Below, one piece after another: positions 1 through 7,677 of a stretch of 14,417 nucleotides of DNA; position 1 is the stretch's first letter, and each line of letters begins with the position of its first letter. Position numbers and translations under genes: made by a program. The DNA lies in the NCBI GenBank assembly GCA_002794465.1, contig MTSL01000152.1:6234-20650 (forward strand), read 5' to 3'. Under the pieces are notes generated by a model that saw only the letters and a list, made by a program, of their open reading frames with translations, was not told where the DNA came from and made no database searches. This DNA is from Paramicrosporidium saccamoebae KSL3 (Eukaryota; Fungi; Cryptomycota).

Positions 1-1
1 A

Positions 2-1735
2 ACATCCGCAACGTCACAAACAAAAGCATGGAAATCAAAAGGGCCACAGTTCAGCTCAAAGGATCTTGGAATTGACATTAGTCTATTCCCGTCCTGTGTC
101 TCCTTGCCGCCCGGTGATTTCAGACGCGATGAACCAAGGCATGAGGAGCCTAAGCGCAACGAAGCTAACCGCGGTGGACCGAAACAGCACGAACAAAAGC
201 GTGGTGGAATGAATCCTGATGATTCAAGAGGCAGATCTCATTCGGAGCAAAGAAACAATGGTGAAGGATACCCTGAACTAGCTCGAAAGGCACACATAGA
301 GCCTCCAAATAGATCAATGAGCAGCAGCGCCGACTCTAAGAAAAGAATTAATGATTTAGTCCGCTCAATTGGTATGAAAAAAGAAGCTAGTCCGCATGAA
401 GAGATGAGTGGCAATCTCAATAGACCTCTGCGGATTAGAGAAATCCCCGAAGACGGTCCTGGTTATGTTAAAACGCGGTCAGTTGAGCGGGTGCCATTCC
501 AAAAGGCGCCGCGTCAAGAAGATCCCACTGATCGTGAATACAGTCGAGGCTGGGTTGAACACAAGTCTGTGAGAGTGGACGACTGGGAAAATGACGAATC
601 TGATGGCGAGACCCACCATATTGGGCCTGCAGTCGACCTCCATGCTGAGTATTACTGGAAACAGACTGGAGAATACCTGGACGACTTTTCCGAGTCCCAA
701 CCGGTGATGCATCAACCTGCTCAACGTCGTCCAACGGCCACAAAGACTGTCACTGCTCAGATGCAAGATGCTCGTTGCACTGGTGCTCAGGCTGATCCTT
801 GGCAGTCAGTAGAGGCTCATTTGCGCTACAATGAGTATCCGCGCGAAACAAACGAGTCTTTTGGATGGAATGGCAGCGAAGAGCCTTCTAAAGCAATGTC
901 AAGCAACTACAACAGCCCTAATCGGTTTGATGAGTCAAACTATGGTGAGAGTGTTGGGTATGGAAATGAAGCCTGCGTGGGTATCGGGTATGGAGATGCA
1001 GCCTGTAAAGGTGCGGAGTATGAAAATACAGTCTGTAAAGGTGTTGGGTATGGAAATGCAGCCTGTAAAGGTGTGGGGTATGAAAATGCAGTCTGTGAAG
1101 ATGGTGGCCAGTACTACAATGGCGCTACATACTATGACATGGCACCTAATAGTGCCACATACTATGATGCTGTATCCACCTGCAGTGCTACCTGCGACAA
1201 TTCCGTTCGTGTTGATGACAGTCATGTCCAAAGGGATGAAAAGTACAATAGCAGCCCCTCCACTTATAAGGACACTGCTTCCACTTATAAGGACACGGCT
1301 TCCACTTATAAGGACACGGCTTCCATTTATGAGAACACTGCTTCCACTACTTACGAAAGCACTGCCCCCACCGCTTACAAGGACCCTGCTCCCACTACTT
1401 GCAAGAACACTGCCCCCACTTACAAGGACATTGCCTCAATCGTCGCAACTGCAGACCATCATAATGTCCCGACTACGGACGCCGCTCCGACTATGGACGC
1501 TGCTCCGACTACTAGACGTCGATCACTGGACACTTATTCGCCATGTCTCCTTCCCGACGCCCAGGAACTGCGCGCACCATCAAATTACAAGCCCGATGGT
1601 GTGGTGTTGGACAAGGGACAATCGTGGGTGACTTGTCCGTTTTGTCATAACGGCTTTGGCTATCCGCCCGTCATGCTGCCCACTCCACCATATTCTGGCC
1701 TGGTTAGCAGTGCTGCCTTTACTCCGAATCCCTAA
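2..1735 (+). CDS. Hypothetical low-complexity, repeat-containing protein, 5'-partial
   Basis: The frame of ORF 104..1735 has no stop from position 2 (TSATSQTKAWKSKGPQ...), so the TTG at 104 is not the true start. The protein is charged/disordered, then carries Tyr/Cys/Thr repeats and ends in a CPFC motif and Pro-rich tail. No family recognised. Confidence 0.7.
   Translation, partial: TSATSQTKAWKSKGPQFSSKDLGIDISLFPSCVSLPPGDFRRDEPRHEEPKRNEANRGGPKQHEQKRGGMNPDDSRGRSHSEQRNNGEGYPELARKAHIEPPNRSMSSSADSKKRINDLVRSIGMKKEASPHEEMSGNLNRPLRIREIPEDGPGYVKTRSVERVPFQKAPRQEDPTDREYSRGWVEHKSVRVDDWENDESDGETHHIGPAVDLHAEYYWKQTGEYLDDFSESQPVMHQPAQRRPTATKTVTAQMQDARCTGAQADPWQSVEAHLRYNEYPRETNESFGWNGSEEPSKAMSSNYNSPNRFDESNYGESVGYGNEACVGIGYGDAACKGAEYENTVCKGVGYGNAACKGVGYENAVCEDGGQYYNGATYYDMAPNSATYYDAVSTCSATCDNSVRVDDSHVQRDEKYNSSPSTYKDTASTYKDTASTYKDTASIYENTASTTYESTAPTAYKDPAPTTCKNTAPTYKDIASIVATADHHNVPTTDAAPTMDAAPTTRRRSLDTYSPCLLPDAQELRAPSNYKPDGVVLDKGQSWVTCPFCHNGFGYPPVMLPTPPYSGLVSSAAFTPNP
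950..1099 (+). repeat. 30-nt coding tandem repeat x5, consensus GVGYGNAACK
   Basis: Units translate to SVGYGNEACV, GIGYGDAACK, GAEYENTVCK, GVGYGNAACK, GVGYENAVCE. Tyr and Cys are invariant. Confidence 0.95.
1259..1435 (+). repeat. 21/24-nt coding tandem repeat (STYKDTA-type) x8
   Basis: TCCACTTATAAGGACAC(T/G)GCT x3, one diverged 21-mer, three 24-nt variants (STTYESTA, PTAYKDPA, PTTCKNTA) and a final 21-mer (PTYKDIA). Confidence 0.95.
1469..1513 (+). repeat. 18-nt coding repeat x2.5 (PTTDAA/PTMDAA/PTT)
   Basis: CCGACTACGGACGCCGCT CCGACTATGGACGCTGCT CCGACTACT. Confidence 0.85.
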
Positions 1736-1835
1736 AAATTGTACCTTTTGTAAAATGACTATCCACTAGTGTACTAGTAATACAACTGTTCATCCGGCGG
1801 TACGACTGTTTATTCGCGCGTCATGTGCTTGTCCG

Positions 1836-2750
1836 CTACTCTTTTTTGTCGTTGGAATCCGTCTTGTTCTTTTGCTTCATGACACCACCAGGCTGCCATG
1901 GCGCAGCAAAAAACTTTCCCATAGAGAACCACGATTCGTCGTAGAAACGGAACATGCAAAAATGACTGTACGGGTCGGAGGAACCAGAATGTCGAGAGCG
2001 CAGCCGTTGGCCTGGCTTCTTGCCCATAATCTCGTCTTCCAGATATTTTTGTGGTGTGCCCAGAATCTCAGCCATGGGCGACCGCACCAAAGAGCTAGCT
2101 TGCTGCTCTAACACTGGACGCCAGTCCACATCGCCGACACTGCGACATGGCTGCCATCCACGTACAAAGCCCAACTTGGCATATAATGCAAACGATTCGG
2201 CGGCAAATTCAGTAGTCAAGTCGACATCTAATCCCAACAACAGTCTGCTACCCAACTTGGCGTGCCGACGCTGCTCCTCCACACCCTCAGCAATGAGACG
2301 CTTTGCAATACCGCGACCACGATAGGCGGGGTCCACACAGACATTGTACATGGAGATTGCAGTGCTGGGTGCCGCCGTCTCTATATGAAAGGAAATGAAG
2401 CCGACTACAACACCGTCATCCAGAATGGCTGAATTGTGGTAATATTTGAGGATGAGCTTCATGTTTTCGTGGCAAGCAGAAAGATCCTTGTAGATAGAGT
2501 CGGGTTCAGGGAAACATGGAATAAGAATACGACAGGCGTCGCCCTTGGAATTGGCCGTGTGGACGTCTGTGACCTGCTGGCCGGCATGCTGATGCGCTAT
2601 GCTCAGCTTCCCCGCATCTGGAATGGCCTTTTCAGTCTTAATGGATGGAGCCTCTTGCCCAACATGGCGACCGGCATAAAATGTGCCTATTAAAACGGCC
2701 CCCAATAGCGCAAAAAAGACGCCATACTTGACCAGCCGACTTCGTATCAT
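1836..2750 (-). CDS. GNAT-family N-acetyltransferase with N-terminal signal anchor
   Basis: 304-aa ORF from ATG. It has the acetyl-CoA-binding motif A (MYNVCVDPAYRGRGIAKRLI) and motif B (LYAKLGF). A hydrophobic stretch GVFFALLGAVLIGTFYAG follows basic residues at the N-terminus. Confidence 0.85.
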   Translation of the reverse strand: MIRSRLVKYGVFFALLGAVLIGTFYAGRHVGQEAPSIKTEKAIPDAGKLSIAHQHAGQQVTDVHTANSKGDACRILIPCFPEPDSIYKDLSACHENMKLILKYYHNSAILDDGVVVGFISFHIETAAPSTAISMYNVCVDPAYRGRGIAKRLIAEGVEEQRRHAKLGSRLLLGLDVDLTTEFAAESFALYAKLGFVRGWQPCRSVGDVDWRPVLEQQASSLVRSPMAEILGTPQKYLEDEIMGKKPGQRLRSRHSGSSDPYSHFCMFRFYDESWFSMGKFFAAPWQPGGVMKQKNKTDSNDKKE

Positions 2751-2771
2751 TACGGGTGTTTCAAACCACCC

Positions 2772-2781
2772 TGACCAATCA
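2772..2781. promoter_or_regulatory. TGACCAATCA CCAAT-box motif upstream of the GNAT gene
   Basis: NF-Y/HAP-type CCAAT consensus 21 bp from the GNAT ATG (2750). The identical 10-mer recurs at 7620 and 12356. Confidence 0.55.
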
Positions 2782-2823
2782 GGAAGTCTGTGAACTATGT
2801 ATAAAAGATGGTTACCTATTCAA

Positions 2824-2901
2824 AGTCCATTCACTCTAACCTCACTTTACAATCATTCAGTTCATTCACTCTAACATTACTTTACAATCATTCAGTCCAT
2901 T
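2824..2901. repeat. 35-bp tandem duplication (2.2 copies), intergenic
   Basis: AGTCCATTCACTCTAACCTCACTTTACAATCATTC / AGTTCATTCACTCTAACATTACTTTACAATCATTC / AGTCCATT, with 3 mismatches between the full copies. Confidence 0.9.
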
Positions 2902-2920
2902 AGGCCATTTAGCCCTTACT

Positions 2921-3259
2921 CTAGCGTCGACTCTGCGTGGAATACTTTTTGCGTTCATAGAACATGTCCATCCGTGCAGAACCAATATTCACAATCTTGG
3001 GGCAGCCATCGCGGTCCTTTTCTTGCAGACAGCAGGCGTGGCAATAAAACGCCTCTGTGCTTCCTGGACCACCACAAACCACACAGCGGTCCCGCTGTGC
3101 TCCAAAGTTACATTCGTCGCAGATGCGCACAGCAGCCGTGGGTCGCACATACGAGTCACACAGCACACAGCGACCGTCACAGCGTTCACACAGCTTTCCC
3201 ACCACTATTCCCGGTAGTTTTCGACACATTACCAGGTCCGGATGATGTCGAGCCGCCAT
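2921..3259 (-). CDS. PHF5A: PHD finger-like domain protein 5A (SF3b subunit, Rds3/Ini1)
   Basis: 112 aa, [11 protein letters not shown]...[18 protein letters not shown]...RICDECNFG...[25 protein letters not shown]. Close match to the recalled PHF5A/Rds3 consensus with the Zn-binding Cys pattern intact. Confidence 0.97.
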   Translation of the reverse strand: MAARHHPDLVMCRKLPGIVVGKLCERCDGRCVLCDSYVRPTAAVRICDECNFGAQRDRCVVCGGPGSTEAFYCHACCLQEKDRDGCPKIVNIGSARMDMFYERKKYSTQSRR

Positions 3260-3389
3260 CCCAGTCTAGTATCCGCTGTGCTGCACCCTGGCCGCAACTG
3301 CACACATATAGACATGGAATACGTTTCATACAATAACACTGCAACTTTTATTTAATATCTAATCATCTCACTCTCCCATGAAATTCCCC

Positions 3390-3430
3390 ATACAATGCAT
3401 TCCTCCGACTAGGACTCTAATGCATTGTAT
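3390..3430. repeat. Perfect 12-bp inverted repeat with 17-nt spacer
   Basis: ATACAATGCATT (3390-3401) and AATGCATTGTAT (3419-3430), between the divergent PHF5A and eIF3i starts. Confidence 0.85.
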
Positions 3431-3448
3431 ACCCTGGTCGAGGTGAGA

Positions 3449-4438
3449 ATGATTCCGATTTTACTTCAGGCACATACTCGTTCACTGACAAAGGTGATCT
3501 ACAACCACTCGGGAGACCTGTTGTTCTCGGCCAGCAAGGACGACAAACCCAATGTGTGGCGCACTATCAACGGAGAGCGACTGGGTTCGTATAACGGCCA
3601 CCGCGGAACGGTTTGGTCGTTGGATGTGACTCGGGACAGTGCCATTCTGGCTTCGGGTTCGGCCGACAATTCCTTCCGTCTGTGGGACGTGGAGTGTGGA
3701 AAGTCGCGTAATGCGGTGGAGACGGACACGGGAGTTAGGAGTGTGGCCTGGGCCATGGGTGACCAACTGTTGGCAGTTCTCACTGACAATACGATGGGCT
3801 TTACTGCATCCGTCCTAATCTATGACGTCCGTGCCGGGGAAGTTGTTCGCAAAGTGCTTCCCAACGAAATTGGCAAGAAACCAACCATTGTTCGTTGGAC
3901 CGACTGTAACGAGGCCCTCCTGACCGGCCATGATGACGGCCACGTCGCCCTCTGGGACGCCGCCTCCTCCAAACTGCTCACCTCCACCCGTCCCCACAGT
4001 GACACTATTCGCGATTTGCAATTCAGTCGCGATCGCACCTATTTCATCACTGCCTCCAAAGACACCACGGCCAAGCTCATTGAGACTGCCAATCTCAAGG
4101 CCATCAAAACCTATCAGACGGAACGGCCTGTCAATTCAGCTGCCATTTCGCCCGTGCGGACGGAAGTTTTGGTTGCCGGTGGTCAGGAAGCCCTCAATGT
4201 CACCACCACCTCCAGTCGCGCCGGTCAATTTGAGGCACGCTTCTTCCACGAAATTTGGGAGAGTGAAATTGGCAGGGTGAGGGGCCATTTCGGACCCATC
4301 AACACCCTCGCTTATGCCCCCGACGGACGGGGCTATGCCAGCGGTGCCGAAGACGGTTACATCCGTCTGCACTCCTTTGATCCCGACTATTATGAGTTTG
4401 CCATGATAGATCCCGATTTGGACGAGCCTCTTCTTTAA
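3449..4438 (+). CDS. EIF3I: Eukaryotic translation initiation factor 3 subunit I (TIF34), WD40 protein, 329 aa
   Basis: The start is reassigned from TTG 3425 to ATG 3449 because MIPILLQAHTRSLTKVIYNHSGDLLFSASKD matches the family N-terminus. Other diagnostic segments: GERLGSYNGHRGTVW, TYQTERPVNSAAISP, GGQEALNVTTTSSRAGQFEARFFH, GHFGPINTLA, GAEDGYIRLH. Confidence 0.97.
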   Translation: MIPILLQAHTRSLTKVIYNHSGDLLFSASKDDKPNVWRTINGERLGSYNGHRGTVWSLDVTRDSAILASGSADNSFRLWDVECGKSRNAVETDTGVRSVAWAMGDQLLAVLTDNTMGFTASVLIYDVRAGEVVRKVLPNEIGKKPTIVRWTDCNEALLTGHDDGHVALWDAASSKLLTSTRPHSDTIRDLQFSRDRTYFITASKDTTAKLIETANLKAIKTYQTERPVNSAAISPVRTEVLVAGGQEALNVTTTSSRAGQFEARFFHEIWESEIGRVRGHFGPINTLAYAPDGRGYASGAEDGYIRLHSFDPDYYEFAMIDPDLDEPLL

Positions 4439-4443
4439 ATAAA
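4438..4443 (+). terminator. AATAAA polyadenylation signal overlapping the eIF3i stop codon
   Basis: CTT TAA ATAAAG: AATAAA begins on the last base of the TAA stop. Confidence 0.5.
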
Positions 4444-4663
4444 GTGTTATCAAGGTATGTGTCCAAAGCGTTATTACAAGATGTGATTAGAGTTGAAATA
4501 CATTGTACTTGTATGCACATAATCTCTTTTTCGAGAATGATAAACCATCAGTATATCCTATTAAATAATACTCATCACATGTACAGTATATCACAGTTTA
4601 CCACTTCCATCACTAATGTATCACATCAAACAAAATTACCCACTACAAATCGCTATGCACGCA

Positions 4664-7594
4664 TTACAATACAAGTCGTTTTAGAGATTTACGGGGATTA
4701 GTCTCCAGCGTCTTGGCAAGATCACAGAGAACAATTCCGTTTCCAGTGAGAATCAGTTCGTGCAGAGTCACATTCACCTCAAGGGCTGTCCCTAGTGCTC
4801 CTAAATGCTCTCCCGCCAGACATCCAGCCAAATCGAGGACCCGCAGACTGGACGTCTTTCGGATCAGTTCAGCAAGTCCCATTCCGGAAATTGCGTCCAT
4901 CGGACAATACGACAATATCAACCTCTCCAACCCCTCCAGATAGTGCAAATCACCCAAATCAACCCCGCAAATATCAACTCCCGACAAGTCCAGTTCCTTC
5001 AATTGCGGATGACTACTGGTAATGGTTTTGATAAACTTGGAAAGATTAACAATATCACAAAACTGGCTCCTTAGACACTTTACTGGTATGGGTGGGATGG
5101 TGTGGACAAAAGTAAAGGAAATGTCCAGTTCCTGAAGTGACTTTAGTGCTGCCAACTCTTCCAAAACTCTATCAGTAACCAGATGGTTGTGACTTAGATC
5201 CAGTGACACAATTTCGCCAGAATAGCTCGCCACGGCACGAATCACCAAATCAAAATGAGATTCATCATGTATCCATCGGCTCACATCGATCTTTGCATCA
5301 TCAGTAGAGAGGCTGGCTAGTACTGCCGTGTTCACTGTTAATCCACACTCGTTGCACAGTACAGTGTATATCTGAGCCAGACTTTGAGTCTTGAATCCAA
5401 CAACTCGAGCTCGCACACTCTGTCCATCCGATAAGACCACTGCTACGGGATCGCCTCCGCAAAGCCGTGCACCATCCTCCGTTAGCAAGGCGTCAATAAG
5501 CGGCTCTTTTCCTCCAAAATCCGCCCGATACCGTGCGGCAATCTCTCCAATCAGCCAAGAAATGGTCCTCTGTTCAGCAATATCATCAATGATCGGGATT
5601 ATAAGCGCTTCATCAAATATGAGCACTTTGACCCTGAGGATGGTCGCTATAAATGCAGGATCACCGCTCCAAGTTCGTCTAGAAGCCGATTTAGTACATG
5701 AGCGTTGATCATCCTGAATGACTGAACGTTTAGGAGACGGCGGCCAAATGAGCTCCGGTTCAGGCATCGGCGGATCGTCATAGTCCATGGCATGGCGTTC
5801 AGGAAGGGAAGGATCTGTCCGACCGTCAGCTTCGTCATCGACGATAAAGCTGCGCATATCACTGTCATTGTCACTAATAACATGTATGCGCTTTTTTCTG
5901 GCCATCTGTGGTTGGACGTTGGTCGTCTTCCGCCGAGCCCTCTTAATCTCTAGGCCTTTTGTGCCGCGCGATCGACTCTTCATATTAAACTGTCCATCAA
6001 CCAGTTTCATGACATTCTTACTCGGCTTTCTATTGACAAAATAATCCAACTGACCAAGTTCAGCTACTATTTGCGCCTCATTTCCTCGATCGTCATCAAG
6101 GTGGTGTTGGCGCCACAATGTCATGCATTCCTCTTTAATCTCCATATATTGGTTGTCCAGCCCCAGTCGCTTGTATGCACTAGCGAGCTTGCTAAGTATG
6201 TCAATTTCCCGAGGCCGGCTAGTTTTTTGTCGAGACAGATCCAGAGCTTTCTGCAACACTCGCAATGTCTCGGCTGGAAGCGTAGGCAACAACCAATATG
6301 AATCAGAAAGCAACAAAAGAGCGTCAATGCAAGCTTTCGTGTCCCCATCAGGCTCAATAATGCCAAGGTGTTTTTTGGCAAAATACACGCCATCCTGGCC
6401 ATGGCCTTGTTCAATGCAGAGTTCACATGCAATCCGCAGCGCTTCCGCATCACTGTCTAGTTCATCGGCACCCTTGCGAGCATACAGGATTGCATCTTGA
6501 TGAAACCCAAGTTGTCTGCAATTACGTGCCAGTTTTAAATACGTCTTTCCTGTATGCCTGTCATTCTTAATTTTGGCCTCTAATGCGGTAATCTTTTCGG
6601 CGACACTTTTAAATTCTAAAGTAGTTTGGATTTCTTGATCGGCATCTTCAAGTTTGGCAGAATCGACACACTGCATTTTGACATGGTCCTTGTACAAGTA
6701 GAGAGTCTTTAAGGACAGCTCAAAGTCCCACAGATCCCTATAGGCAAGTCCAAGGTTCAGGAGGGCCTCGGACTCAAATTCCGGCTCCTTCATCTCCTTT
6801 GCCAAAGTGAGCTGCAAATCGAAACACTGTTCAATGGCCGACGCCGTTTCCTTCATTCCAAGAAAGGTCTGTCCCATCAAGCCCAAGATTTCAAATTGCA
6901 ACATTTGATCTTTCAAATCACGTGCACCGTCAAGCGCAATCCGCAGCTTTGTCAGTGCAGCGTCGTACTCTTCTGTCTGCATACACAGTCGGCCATCATT
7001 CACACGGGCTCGCAGCCGTAGTCGCTTCAAGTCAGTCCGACGATTAGAGGACAAGAGACCATTCTCGATCAGTGTCTCGTAATCGTCAAGAACTTTATGT
7101 CCCCGGTAAAAAGAGACTCCTGCCTCTGCCAATATTTCCTTACATACCAAATCAACAGTCTCTCCCTCAGCCTCAGATAAAAACAAATTACCAATGGAAG
7201 AATGGGCGTTAAAGGCCTGAGGCATATTCTGATTTTTCAACGCAAAGTCTAGTTGTTCTTGAAGATGGCTCTTTGCCAAATCTATCATCCCCATTGAGAG
7301 GAATGTATCAGCCATATTCCCCATGGCTAACAACAATCCGTCCACATCTCCCGCTGCCTCTGAAATCTGTCGATCATAATGGTGGAAATTCAATGCCTTT
7401 CGATACTCGCAAAGTCGCTCATATGTTTTGGCGATATTGTTGCACAATCGGGACTCTTCCACCAGGTCGCCCTTTTTCTGTGTCTCCAAGAGTTGCCGCT
7501 CAAGACGCTCGACTTGTTGGTCAAGACGGTCCTCGAGACTACCGGATGGAATGGGGGCGGGCTTGCGACAGGACACGACACCAGTGGCCAACAT
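4664..7594 (-). CDS. TONSL: Tonsoku-like (TONSL) protein: N-terminal TPRs, disordered linker, UBL domain, C-terminal LRRs; no ankyrin repeats
   Basis: 976-aa uninterrupted ORF. The N-terminal TPR array (~aa 20-495; KKGDLVEESRLCNNIAKTYERLCEYRKALNFHHYDRQISEAAGD) parallels the TONSL N-terminus as recalled. LRVKVLIFDEALIIPI...TISWLIGEIAARY...EDGARLCGGDPVAVVLSDGQSVRARV (~aa 652-735) matches the TONSL ubiquitin-like domain. Ribonuclease-inhibitor-like LRRs follow (LDLSHN, LQELDIS, LKELDLSG, LRVLDLAG, LHELILTGN). Confidence 0.85.
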   Translation of the reverse strand: MLATGVVSCRKPAPIPSGSLEDRLDQQVERLERQLLETQKKGDLVEESRLCNNIAKTYERLCEYRKALNFHHYDRQISEAAGDVDGLLLAMGNMADTFLSMGMIDLAKSHLQEQLDFALKNQNMPQAFNAHSSIGNLFLSEAEGETVDLVCKEILAEAGVSFYRGHKVLDDYETLIENGLLSSNRRTDLKRLRLRARVNDGRLCMQTEEYDAALTKLRIALDGARDLKDQMLQFEILGLMGQTFLGMKETASAIEQCFDLQLTLAKEMKEPEFESEALLNLGLAYRDLWDFELSLKTLYLYKDHVKMQCVDSAKLEDADQEIQTTLEFKSVAEKITALEAKIKNDRHTGKTYLKLARNCRQLGFHQDAILYARKGADELDSDAEALRIACELCIEQGHGQDGVYFAKKHLGIIEPDGDTKACIDALLLLSDSYWLLPTLPAETLRVLQKALDLSRQKTSRPREIDILSKLASAYKRLGLDNQYMEIKEECMTLWRQHHLDDDRGNEAQIVAELGQLDYFVNRKPSKNVMKLVDGQFNMKSRSRGTKGLEIKRARRKTTNVQPQMARKKRIHVISDNDSDMRSFIVDDEADGRTDPSLPERHAMDYDDPPMPEPELIWPPSPKRSVIQDDQRSCTKSASRRTWSGDPAFIATILRVKVLIFDEALIIPIIDDIAEQRTISWLIGEIAARYRADFGGKEPLIDALLTEDGARLCGGDPVAVVLSDGQSVRARVVGFKTQSLAQIYTVLCNECGLTVNTAVLASLSTDDAKIDVSRWIHDESHFDLVIRAVASYSGEIVSLDLSHNHLVTDRVLEELAALKSLQELDISFTFVHTIPPIPVKCLRSQFCDIVNLSKFIKTITSSHPQLKELDLSGVDICGVDLGDLHYLEGLERLILSYCPMDAISGMGLAELIRKTSSLRVLDLAGCLAGEHLGALGTALEVNVTLHELILTGNGIVLCDLAKTLETNPRKSLKRLVL

Positions 7595-7619
7595 ACATAC
7601 GCAAAGGGATCAATCGACG

Positions 7620-7629
7620 TGACCAATCA
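7620..7629. promoter_or_regulatory. TGACCAATCA CCAAT box in the 83-bp TONSL/AHA1 bidirectional promoter
   Basis: Exact 10-mer 25 bp from the TONSL ATG and 48 bp from the AHA1 ATG. Confidence 0.55.
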
Positions 7630-7677
7630 AACGGCCGACGTTCAATGGAAATTTCGGGAAATTTGTTAAACTGAACG

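Noticed and set aside
831-1631. 266-aa ATG-initiated ORF in an alternative + frame inside the first gene
   Set aside because: It lies wholly within a frame that is open for more than 1.7 kb. Tandem repeats readily give long stop-free shadow frames, and no domain is recognisable.
1836-1850. C-terminal DKKE of the GNAT protein as a dilysine ER-retrieval signal
   Set aside because: The lysines are at -3/-2 rather than -4/-3 or -5/-3, and under type II topology the C-terminus would be luminal.
3425-3448. TTG-initiated N-terminal extension of eIF3i in the ORF track
   Set aside because: Family similarity starts at ATG 3449. The TTG start is an artefact of a prokaryote-style ORF caller.
4481-4580. 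Possible box C/D snoRNA on the minus strand (GTGATGA at 4578-4572, internal CTGA, flanking ATGTGAT/ATCACAT inverted repeat)
   Set aside because: The terminal D box would be CTAA, the inverted repeat overlaps the C box rather than flanking it, and I recognise no rRNA-complementary guide. A snoscan/Infernal search would settle it.
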